Positions 18,449 to 25,995 of a DNA stretch of 64,000 nucleotides are shown piece by piece. Location: the NCBI GenBank assembly GCA_963725355.1, contig CAVRYE010000012.1:370488-434487 (forward strand), given 5' to 3'. The notes beneath the pieces are model-generated. The model ran no database searches and was not told where the DNA came from. It saw only the letters and a program-made list of their open reading frames with translations. Origin of the DNA: an uncultured Acidimicrobiaceae bacterium (GTDB lineage: Bacteria; Actinomycetota; Acidimicrobiia; Acidimicrobiales; Bog-793). Position 1 is the stretch's first letter. Every line of letters begins with the position of its first letter. The position numbers were made by a program, and so were the translations under genes.

Positions 18449-19252
18449 TCAAGTAGAGCGACGGCGCCGCGTCGGAGAAGGTTCGTTTTCACCGGGACCG
18501 ATGAGCGGCTTCTCCCGTCCGCGGTAGGACTCTCCTTCGATGACGAGCTCCCAGGCGGCGCTTTTCAGACGGTCGACGGCGGACTGGGCGAGGAGCGGAT
18601 CGGCCATGACCGCCAGCCACTCAACAGGGTCCCTGTTCGAGGTGAGCACCGTGGCCGCTTTGTGGTGGCGCTCGACGACGAGCTCGTAGAGATCGGCTGT
18701 CTCGGTCGGATCGAGGGCCTGGAGGGCGAAGTCGTCGAGGATCAAAAGCTCGACCCCGATGAGCTTTCGCATCTCGGCGTCGTAGCTCGCGTCGAGGCGG
18801 GCTGCTCGAAGGCGCTTGTGGAGACGGTCGGCGCGTTCGAAGTGCACGCTGATGCGTCGCCGACATGCGATGTGGCCGAGAGCCGTGGCGATAAACGTCT
18901 TTCCCACTCCGACTGGTCCCAAAATCAAGGCGTTGCGGCCTTGTTCGACAAAACGCAGCGACACGAGCTCAGAGAGCACCGCCCGGTCATAGCTGACCGC
19001 GGCCGTCTCGTCCCACGCCTCGAGATGCATCTGGGGATCGAGATGGGCCGCCCGGGCACGAAGCCCTGCCGAGGCGGCATCGCGGCGCTGCACCTCGTCT
19101 GAGAACAGCTGCTCTAAGAACTCGACGTGGCTGAGCTCGTGACTGCGGGCGAGAGCGAGGCGCTCGGGCAAGGTGTCCAACAAGCGTCCGAGGCGGAGCC
19201 GGCGCATGAGCACCTTGAGCTCTGCCGGCACGCTCGGTGCGGGGGCGGTCAT
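18449..19252 (-). CDS. istB: IS21-family helper ATPase IstB
   Basis: 267 aa. Walker A is LILGPVGVGKTF and Walker B is LLILDDF. It overlaps istA by 4 nt. Confidence 0.9.
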   Translation of the reverse strand: MTAPAPSVPAELKVLMRRLRLGRLLDTLPERLALARSHELSHVEFLEQLFSDEVQRRDAASAGLRARAAHLDPQMHLEAWDETAAVSYDRAVLSELVSLRFVEQGRNALILGPVGVGKTFIATALGHIACRRRISVHFERADRLHKRLRAARLDASYDAEMRKLIGVELLILDDFALQALDPTETADLYELVVERHHKAATVLTSNRDPVEWLAVMADPLLAQSAVDRLKSAAWELVIEGESYRGREKPLIGPGENEPSPTRRRRST

Positions 19253-20802
19253 CTCTTCGCCTGCTTCAGAGAGAACTCAGAAGGATCTCGGGCAAAGCGT
19301 CCCTGCACCACGACCGGCTCGGGCCGGGCGTCGGGCTCGGCGGCTTCCTTGGCGCGCTCCAGCATGCGGCTTATGAGGTTCACGTCGATGGCTTCTGCCT
19401 CAAGGGCTCGCCGACAGGCCGACTCGACCCGGTCCGGGCCCCACTTCTTCACCAGTCCCAAGAGGCGATAGACCTGGCGCATCTTGGTCCAAGGAAGCGG
19501 AGTGTCCAAGATCGCCTTCGCATAGGTGCCGATCGCCTCCCCGTGGCCTTTGGCCATGTGGGCGAGGCGGTCGAGGTCTCTTGTCGCGTAGATCTCCTTC
19601 CCGCTCGGCATGTCGGCCGGATCGGTCGAGCGCCCGCCGGGTGGCTTTCTCGGATGCAACTTCACGAGCTCTCCGCGGAAGTACAGCTTCACGGTCTTTG
19701 AGTCGCGCCTTGCCTTTAGGTGCCTGCCGACGAGCTGGTGGGGGGCCGAGTAGAGGGCCTTGTCCACCTCCACATGGAAGTCGCGGTGCAGCTTCGGCTC
19801 TGACCAGTGGGGGATGTCGAAGGGCTGACCGGGGAGCTGGCCCAAACGAGGGAGCTCCTCGAGACAGAACATCTCCGCCGGGCGGCACTGGGTCGTGCCG
19901 TGGATGCGCATGCCGGCGGTCTTCTTGCACCAGATCTCGGCCCGCTCTCGGCAGTCGGCAAGGTCGACGAAGCTCTCTCCGGCAAAGAAGTTCTTCTGCA
20001 CATAAGAGACGACTCGTTCCACCCTCGGCTTGTCGGTCGGGGTGGCGACGCGAGCGGCGTCGATGACAAAGCCCCTCGATTGCGAGTACTCGAAGAAGGT
20101 GTCGTTGAAGCGGGGAGCGGTGTTCTCGGCCTTTTTGACGATCGAAGACATGTTGTCGGGGATGACGACCGGGAACACCCCGCCGAAGAAAGCCCAGGCG
20201 GCCTCGAAGCCAGAGATGACGTCGTCTGTGGTCTGGCCAAAGGTCGGCCAGACGAACTGATGACGGCTGAACACAGCGGTGAAGATGAGCCCGTGACAGA
20301 CACGGCGCCGCTCGCCGTCAGGGACGAGACCAAGACGTCCGAAGTCCACCTGCAGCTCTATGCCCGGAGGCGGGTCGTCGACACGGACCGTTGTTCTCTT
20401 TCGCCCCGCCCCGCAGCGCTCTGTGGCAAAGCGTGCCAGAGTCCGGTGCGGGACAACGACACCACGGCGGGCAAGGAGGATCCCGATCTTGACGACGGTG
20501 AGGTCCTGTTTCACCCAGGCCTTGATGCGCTCTTCTTCTCCGAGAAGCTTCTCCCAGGCCTCGCCGTGGCCATCTGGACGGTGGGGGCGCACCTTCTCGG
20601 CCACCTGGCCGATCAGCTCGTCGCTGAGCTGGTCCTCGCCACCTTGGCGGTCGAGCCCGAGCTCAACGGCAGCGGAGATGTAACGCCTCGCCGTCTTGCG
20701 GTCGATGCCGACCCCTTGGGCGATGGGGCGTTCGCCTTCACCTAAAAGCCAGCGTCGGAGCGCCTCTTTGATCTGGACCACGCTTACCTCCCTGAACACC
20801 AT
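19249..20802 (-). CDS. istA: IS21-family transposase IstA
   Basis: 517 aa. N-terminal HTH (IAQGVGIDRKTARRY), DDE integrase core (VDFG..., VVIPDNMSS...) and typical length. Confidence 0.9.
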   Translation of the reverse strand: MVFREVSVVQIKEALRRWLLGEGERPIAQGVGIDRKTARRYISAAVELGLDRQGGEDQLSDELIGQVAEKVRPHRPDGHGEAWEKLLGEEERIKAWVKQDLTVVKIGILLARRGVVVPHRTLARFATERCGAGRKRTTVRVDDPPPGIELQVDFGRLGLVPDGERRRVCHGLIFTAVFSRHQFVWPTFGQTTDDVISGFEAAWAFFGGVFPVVIPDNMSSIVKKAENTAPRFNDTFFEYSQSRGFVIDAARVATPTDKPRVERVVSYVQKNFFAGESFVDLADCRERAEIWCKKTAGMRIHGTTQCRPAEMFCLEELPRLGQLPGQPFDIPHWSEPKLHRDFHVEVDKALYSAPHQLVGRHLKARRDSKTVKLYFRGELVKLHPRKPPGGRSTDPADMPSGKEIYATRDLDRLAHMAKGHGEAIGTYAKAILDTPLPWTKMRQVYRLLGLVKKWGPDRVESACRRALEAEAIDVNLISRMLERAKEAAEPDARPEPVVVQGRFARDPSEFSLKQAKR

Positions 20803-20873
20803 GGGGCCTCCTCAGCGATGGCTTCGAAGGCCCAGCCGAAGCTGTCTTCGGCCGGTGTTGGTGGATGCTCAGG

Positions 20874-20958
20874 GTGGTCCCATGACTGGTAACGGGGGTG
20901 GTCCCATGCCACTGGCAAAGCCAGCGGCTAGCTGGTCCCTTCTCGCTGGCAAACGACA
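20874..20958. repeat. IS21 end at the istA side: terminal IR plus two subterminal repeats
   Basis: GTGGTCCCATGACTGGTAAC, then GTGGTCCCATGCCACTGGCAAAG, then CTGGTCCCTTCTCGCTGGCAAACGACA. Confidence 0.8.
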
Positions 20959-20963
20959 GCCCT
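20959..20963. repeat. Target-site duplication GCCCT (copy 2)
   Basis: An identical pentamer abuts both IS ends. Confidence 0.75.
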
Positions 20964-21139
20964 CGTGCTGCTCAACAGGCCCCAAAATCTCAGCAGATCA
21001 CGTTGTGAATTCGCAGTGCGCTCAAAAGGCGCAGCTAGTTGTCCTCGTTAGCGCAGTCGCCGGGGGAGAAGTAGGTGCCTAGCGCTTTCGAGTATTTGCC
21101 CAGGCTCCCAGAGCGACTTCACCATGCCTTTCTTTATCT

Positions 21140-21600
21140 GCTGGGCCCGCAAAAGGCAGGGTTGTGTCCCTCGAGGACCACGGCCAGCCCCAACCATTCC
21201 TCGCTGGTCAGGTCTCCACGCATCGGGTCGATCAGCCCCTCGCAGTCGTTCGACATCCACGCCACTTGTTCCCGCAAGGTACTCGAGGGAGATGCCAGCG
21301 GCTAAGCGAGCGTTCTGAAGTGCCCTGGCGTCCTTGGTGTCTGCACGAAGGGTGGCTCCAAAGTGAGGTGGTAGTGGTTCGCCATCCTGACGGCGTAACC
21401 GGCGACGAGCACGCTGATGTGAGGGGTCCCCGTTGACTGGTCCAACTGGACCACTAACTGGGGGTCGCCTCAGATGGCTTTCAGCTGAGTCATCTGATGG
21501 GCGTACTTGCGAGAGTCCCCTGTTTTCGCTGCCTGAGCACGTCGCTCCCGGCCCGTGCTGTGGCTCGCTTGTGAGATGACAGATGGTTGTGCAGAGAAAC
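21140..21600 (-). pseudogene. Possible degenerate Y1/HUH (IS200-like or REP-associated tyrosine transposase-like) gene remnant
   Basis: One minus frame reads ...ISVLVAGYAVRMANHYHLTLEPP (compare the family pattern a.vvMpNH.HLL..p), then a TAG at 21302-21304. A shifted frame reads CEGLIDP...EEWLGLAVVLEGHNPAFCG (compare YLL..RYIE.NPVRAG). This is motif-level evidence only. Confidence 0.2.
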
Positions 21601-21630
21601 ACCGAACTGACCTGGTGTCCACTGGCACGG

Positions 21631-22134
21631 TCAACGGCGAGCGGTTCGGCCCCTGGCTGGTCGGCTGACCTCATGGAATTGCAGCCTTAAATCAGTGAGT
21701 CCGTACTGCTCACGGTAATGGTCCTTAATGCGGTAATGGATCGACAACAAGTGACTGTGCTGAGTCCCTTCGCGAATCACCGTGCCATCGGGCAAGACGT
21801 AGTTGGTGACCTTCCTATCGTAAAACCATTCGACTCGGACATCGGTAACCACCAAGAGCAGATGGTAGTGCGGGTTGCGAGAGTCCCACACCTGCCACCC
21901 CACCGGCACCGCGCCGGTCACTTCAATGTCGACTGCACACTCCCGCCTGGCGAAAGCTCCCGATAGCCGGTGCCCGCGATCACGGGGTGACGAACTCAGC
22001 AGGCGCCCTGAGGTCTCTGGGTTTTCGACGTTGTAGCTGTCGAAGCTGACTGAGCACCGCGCCCTCGAGTCGATCCTCTCCCATGTCGTTGCAGGAGGCT
22101 GACCATGATCGGAAAGCGGGATTTGACCATGCAA
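21631..22134 (-). CDS. Hypothetical protein (167 aa) containing an HUH-like NPHYHLLLVV motif
   Basis: The ORF has a plausible amino-acid composition but visibly weaker GC3 bias than its neighbours. I recognise no family. It lies directly downstream of pilO on the same strand. Confidence 0.35.
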   Translation of the reverse strand: MHGQIPLSDHGQPPATTWERIDSRARCSVSFDSYNVENPETSGRLLSSSPRDRGHRLSGAFARRECAVDIEVTGAVPVGWQVWDSRNPHYHLLLVVTDVRVEWFYDRKVTNYVLPDGTVIREGTQHSHLLSIHYRIKDHYREQYGLTDLRLQFHEVSRPARGRTARR

Positions 22135-22188
22135 CAGGTATAGCTCGCAATGCGAGCGAATCGGTCCAGTAAGCGGGATGTGGGCTCG

Positions 22189-22803
22189 TCAGGCCGTGGG
22201 CGTCGGGGTGACGTAGGTCGTGTAGGCGTCGGCAGACACGCTCAAGGTGTACAGCTGTCCATCACCATTGGCGAGGATGTTGGCGTTCCCGGCGTTGCTC
22301 GGGCCGAGGCTGACGCTGGAGATCGTCATGAGCCTTTTCATCGAGTAGAAGCCTGAGAGGAAGGCGAAGATGTTGCTGTGGACTCCCGAAACGGAAAGTG
22401 TGACCGGTATCGTGGAGAGCCCAGCCGTGCTTGTAGGGGTCGGTTCATCCGACGGGGTGACCGTGAGCAGACTGCAGCCGGTCTGGTTTGCAAGGTTGTT
22501 GAGTGAATCCACGATGCCAGGCGGGTCTTCGGTCGGCGGGATGGCCGTCGTCACAAGCCTCAGGTAAGGGAGCTCTTTCAAGACGAGCTTTTTCTCGGCC
22601 TTTAGAGTCGTCAGCTCGAGGTTGAGCTGGGACACGTTCGCCTGGTCAGAGGCGACCTGCTGCTGTACCGAGGCCAGCTTGTTGGCCTCAGGGGTCATCC
22701 ATGCGAACCACCACACGAGGAGGAGAACTACCACCCCACCAGTGACGATCAGCACGACCTTCGACTTCAGCAGGTCAAAGTTCAAGTTCTTGAGTGCGTT
22801 CAT
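22189..22803 (-). CDS. pilO: Type IV pilus assembly protein PilO-like
   Basis: ATG 22803 follows AAGGTG. MNALKNLNFDLLKSK is followed by a single TM segment, a coiled coil (ASVQQQVASDQANVSQLNLELTTLKAEKK) and a C-terminal alpha/beta domain. It is adjacent to pilM/N. Confidence 0.65.
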   Translation of the reverse strand: MNALKNLNFDLLKSKVVLIVTGGVVVLLLVWWFAWMTPEANKLASVQQQVASDQANVSQLNLELTTLKAEKKLVLKELPYLRLVTTAIPPTEDPPGIVDSLNNLANQTGCSLLTVTPSDEPTPTSTAGLSTIPVTLSVSGVHSNIFAFLSGFYSMKRLMTISSVSLGPSNAGNANILANGDGQLYTLSVSADAYTTYVTPTPTA

Positions 22804-24496
22804 GCTGGCACCTTGAATTCGTTCCGCGAATGGAAGTGATTTCACCTGTGACTCCGATTGTGGCGGAGTAGGTGACGTTCGTCGTGTTGGCTTTCGTGAG
22901 GCCGCTGAACCCATTGACGGTCAGCTTGCCGGACCCCGATACGGAGTAGTACCAGTTGCGGAAGTACGTGTAGCCAGCCACGGTTGCGAGCGAGATGCTC
23001 ACGGTTGCAATCTGGGTCTGTGCCGGGGACAGTGCCGCTGGCGCGGGGTGAGTTGCTGTGCCGACAGTTGCGGCCTGGGGCGGATCGGCGCTGGCGGAGA
23101 AGGTGAGAATACTGCCGCCACTCGGAGTGACATGGCGCAGGGCACCTAGGACGCCGGGCCAGTAAACCTCTTGGTTCACAATGGGATTGCTGATCGCCGC
23201 CAGGTCAAGGATCTCGGAATGCTCCTGCTGGACCTTGTCGTATCTCGGGATCTGCAAGTTCAGGGCCCCGATTTGGCTCGTGAGACTTGAGACCTGGTTC
23301 TCGGCGTTGTGCACCTTCAAAAAGCGCATCGCGCCCAGCCCCACCATGACGAGGACAAGGAGCACTGCCACCAGCATGATGGCACGCTCGAGCTGCCTGC
23401 GCTTGCGTCCGAGGATCACCTCTGGCGGGAGCAGGTCTAGTTCCTTGACGTCCTTCAACCCGGGGAGGGCAAGGCCAACTACGACGGCGACGGATGGATC
23501 GATCCGGGTGATCTCGTGGTCGGGCAGCCGCAAGCGTGAGCAGTCGATACGGCTGAGCGCACTGCCAGAGAACACTGGGAGACGAAGTTGCTGCTGCAGC
23601 TGCTCGGCGAAACCGTATAAGCGTGACCCGCCACCCGAGATCACGACACGGCGCACAGGGCTGCGCCCGGTCAAGGTCGCATAGTAGTCAATCGAGCTGC
23701 GCAGCTCGCCTATGAGCGACATGGATGCGTCGCGGGCAGCGCCGAGCGCAACATTGACGTGAGGCGCCCCGCCATCCAGATTCTGTTTGAGGCTCTCAGC
23801 ATCGGCCAACGGCAAGTCGAGCGCACCGGCGATGGCGGCGGTAACGGCATCACCGCCCTCGGCGATAGTCCTAACAAAGTGGGGAATGCCGTTCTCGTGG
23901 ACTGCCACCTTTGTCAGATCCGCACCGATCGAAACGATCGCTTCGGGACCGTTGGTAGCCGATTCCGGATCGAAGAGAGACCGGATCATCGCTGAAGACG
24001 TAGGTTCGACGCTGACAGGGGTGAGACCAGCCGCGGTCGTGATCTGGACTAGAGGGTCTACTAGGTCGCGGTGCGCCGCCGCTACAAGTACCCTGCGCTC
24101 CGGCATCCCGTTGGCGCCCACCGTCTCTTCCAGCGGACGTGCTGAGATGAGCGCCTTGTCGATGGCGAACGGGATGACGTCAAGAGCCTGCAACCGGACG
24201 GCGGAGTCGATCTCCGAGTCGGGCAACAGCGGCATTTCGAGTTCGCGTGTGATCGCTCTGAGTCCCGCGATCCCGAGGTGGACGTCCCCAGCAGCGAAAC
24301 CGCCTTCTTTCATACAGCGTTCTAGCGCTGTACGAACCACAGCGTGCTCAAGGATCACGCCGTCGATGACGGCCCGTGGGGGCAGGGCGACTTGGCCCAG
24401 CCGGATGAGTTCGGGGCGACCGTGCCCCGCGACCACCTCAGCCATGCGCACCGCGGTGCTGCTGATCTCGACACTCACACGTCGCGTAACCATCAC
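22775..24496 (-). CDS. pilM: PilM-PilN fusion protein (actin-like ATPase fold + bitopic PilN-like domain)
   Basis: aa 1-345 are PilM-like (VSVEISSTAVRMAEV..., ISGGGSRL). aa 352-392 carry a PilN-type N-terminus DLLPPEV..RKRR plus a TM segment (IMLVAVLLVLVMVGLGAM), followed by a coiled coil and a periplasmic-type domain. RBS AGGAG lies upstream. Confidence 0.8.
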   Translation of the reverse strand: MMVTRRVSVEISSTAVRMAEVVAGHGRPELIRLGQVALPPRAVIDGVILEHAVVRTALERCMKEGGFAAGDVHLGIAGLRAITRELEMPLLPDSEIDSAVRLQALDVIPFAIDKALISARPLEETVGANGMPERRVLVAAAHRDLVDPLVQITTAAGLTPVSVEPTSSAMIRSLFDPESATNGPEAIVSIGADLTKVAVHENGIPHFVRTIAEGGDAVTAAIAGALDLPLADAESLKQNLDGGAPHVNVALGAARDASMSLIGELRSSIDYYATLTGRSPVRRVVISGGGSRLYGFAEQLQQQLRLPVFSGSALSRIDCSRLRLPDHEITRIDPSVAVVVGLALPGLKDVKELDLLPPEVILGRKRRQLERAIMLVAVLLVLVMVGLGAMRFLKVHNAENQVSSLTSQIGALNLQIPRYDKVQQEHSEILDLAAISNPIVNQEVYWPGVLGALRHVTPSGGSILTFSASADPPQAATVGTATHPAPAALSPAQTQIATVSISLATVAGYTYFRNWYYSVSGSGKLTVNGFSGLTKANTTNVTYSATIGVTGEITSIRGTNSRCQHERTQELEL

Positions 24497-24659
24497 AATG
24501 CTCCTGACGCCGAGAATGAACCCACAGTGCTATAGGTACTCTTAATCATGCGGGGTAGCCTTCCGACGAGTTCGAACGCAGGCGCAACGGTGACCCATGG
24601 AGCGCTCGTCAGGCCTCGATTCCATGTGCACACAATCTTGCATCGGCAATCCGGCAACA

Positions 24660-24729
24660 CTTCTTGAGCCTCAAGAAGCACTGGCTTGAAGCAAGGTCGC
24701 TCGACTATTTCCGCCATGGGACCTTGCTT
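24660..24729 (-). promoter_or_regulatory. Two stem-loops in the pilC-pilM intergenic region
   Basis: The first is a 10-bp perfect stem, AAGCAAGGTC (24689-24698) pairing with GACCTTGCTT (24720-24729), abutting the pilC stop codon. The second is a 9-bp-arm palindrome CTTCTTGAG-C-CTCAAGAAG at 24660-24678. Confidence 0.4.
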
Positions 24730-25964
24730 TAGGCTCCCGGCTGCTGCAGGAGCTTGACGTAGTCGAACATCGGCAGATAAAGGCTGATGACGATAGCCCC
24801 GATGCACACGCCCATGAACAGAATAATCAGGGGCTCGAGAATCGACGTCAGGCTATCCACAGTCGCGTTGACCTCGTTGTCGTAGAAGGTCGACACCTTG
24901 TCGAGCATGTCGTCGAGCGCGCCCGATTCCTCACCGGTCTCGATCATTTGCGTCAACATGATTGGCATGACGGGATACTGAGCGAGGATCGCAGACAGGT
25001 TCTTGCCTTCACGAACTCCGTCTTGGGCGCCCACGAGCGCATCGGCGACGACCTGGTTCCCTGCGTTAGCGGCAACTATGTCCAGCGCCTCAATGACGGG
25101 AACGCCGGCGGAGAGGAGCGAGGAGAAGGTGCTACAGAAGCGAGCCAGCGCGACTTTGTGCGACAGGGGGCCGAACACGGGCGGTCGGAGCTTTAGTGCA
25201 TCCCACTTTCTTCGGCCGCTCGGTGTGGCGATCCAGCGCCGCATGATGACCACTATGGCAACAATCGTGGCTATGACCACGAGTAGCCAAACACTTGCCA
25301 CGACATTCGAGATCCCTATCACGATTCGGGTGGGCAGGGGTAGGGTGCCGTTCAGCGTCGTGAAGAGCTTCTTGAAGATCGGGACGATGAATATCATCAT
25401 CGCAGTGACGATGACTATGACCGCACAAAAGACGATGCTTGGATAGGCCATAGCCGAGCGAACCTTCTGACGGAGTTCGACCTGCTTCTCAAGTGTTGAT
25501 GAGAGCTTGAGCAGGACTGAGTCCAACTGTCCGCCGACCTCCCCGGCGCGGACCATGGCTATGTATAGCGGCGGAAACACCTTTGGGAGCTTCTCGAGGG
25601 AGGTCGACAGTGAAGAGCCCTGCTCGACCTCTTGACGGACTTGGAGCATCGCCTCGCGTAGCGGCTTGGACTCGATCTGATCCGCGAGTACTCCGAGTGC
25701 ACGGACGAGGGTCAGTCCAGCGGCAACCATGGTCGCTAGCTGACGACTCATGAGTGCCACGTCTTTGAGGGCGACCCGGTCGGTGAGACCGGGTATGTTG
25801 ATCTCGCGCTTGAGGTTCAGGGAAACAGGTTTGATCTCGACTGGGGCGTAGCCCATGTCTCTGAGCCGAGCCGCGACCAAAGGCACACTGTCGGCCTCTA
25901 GCTGACCTTTGACGAGTCTGCCATCAGCGTCGCGAACCTTGTAGTCAAAGGTCGTCGTGGGCAT
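24729..25964 (-). CDS. pilC: Type IV pilus platform protein PilC (GspF family)
   Basis: 411 aa with a duplicated T2SS-F domain and three TM regions. The sequence runs from MPTTTFDYKVRDADGRLVKGQLEA to the end of the second domain. Confidence 0.9.
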   Translation of the reverse strand: MPTTTFDYKVRDADGRLVKGQLEADSVPLVAARLRDMGYAPVEIKPVSLNLKREINIPGLTDRVALKDVALMSRQLATMVAAGLTLVRALGVLADQIESKPLREAMLQVRQEVEQGSSLSTSLEKLPKVFPPLYIAMVRAGEVGGQLDSVLLKLSSTLEKQVELRQKVRSAMAYPSIVFCAVIVIVTAMMIFIVPIFKKLFTTLNGTLPLPTRIVIGISNVVASVWLLVVIATIVAIVVIMRRWIATPSGRRKWDALKLRPPVFGPLSHKVALARFCSTFSSLLSAGVPVIEALDIVAANAGNQVVADALVGAQDGVREGKNLSAILAQYPVMPIMLTQMIETGEESGALDDMLDKVSTFYDNEVNATVDSLTSILEPLIILFMGVCIGAIVISLYLPMFDYVKLLQQPGA

Positions 25965-25995
25965 TATTCGTTCCCCCAGATTCTGCTAGTGGGTT

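Larger units (their letters stand above)
18344..20958 (-). mobile_element. IS21-family insertion sequence (istA-istB), complete, 2615 bp
   Basis: The termini are TGTCG... and ...CGACA. The terminal 27 nt are 22/27 identical as inverted repeats. Extra subterminal repeat modules are present. The element is flanked by a GCCCT direct repeat. Both genes are intact. Confidence 0.9.

Noticed and set aside
19807-20745. A 312-aa + strand ORF inside the IS.
   Set aside because: It is antisense to istA, which is unambiguous. Its composition is Asp/Gly/Leu/Arg-rich with no motifs.
21048-21674. A 208-aa minus ORF that I first read as an XRE-type HTH regulator (ARALQNARLAAGISLEYLAGTSGVDVERL).
   Set aside because: Only about 30 residues look HTH-like. 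The rest is non-protein-like, and the same DNA reads better in other frames as Y1-transposase-like fragments. It is not called as a CDS.
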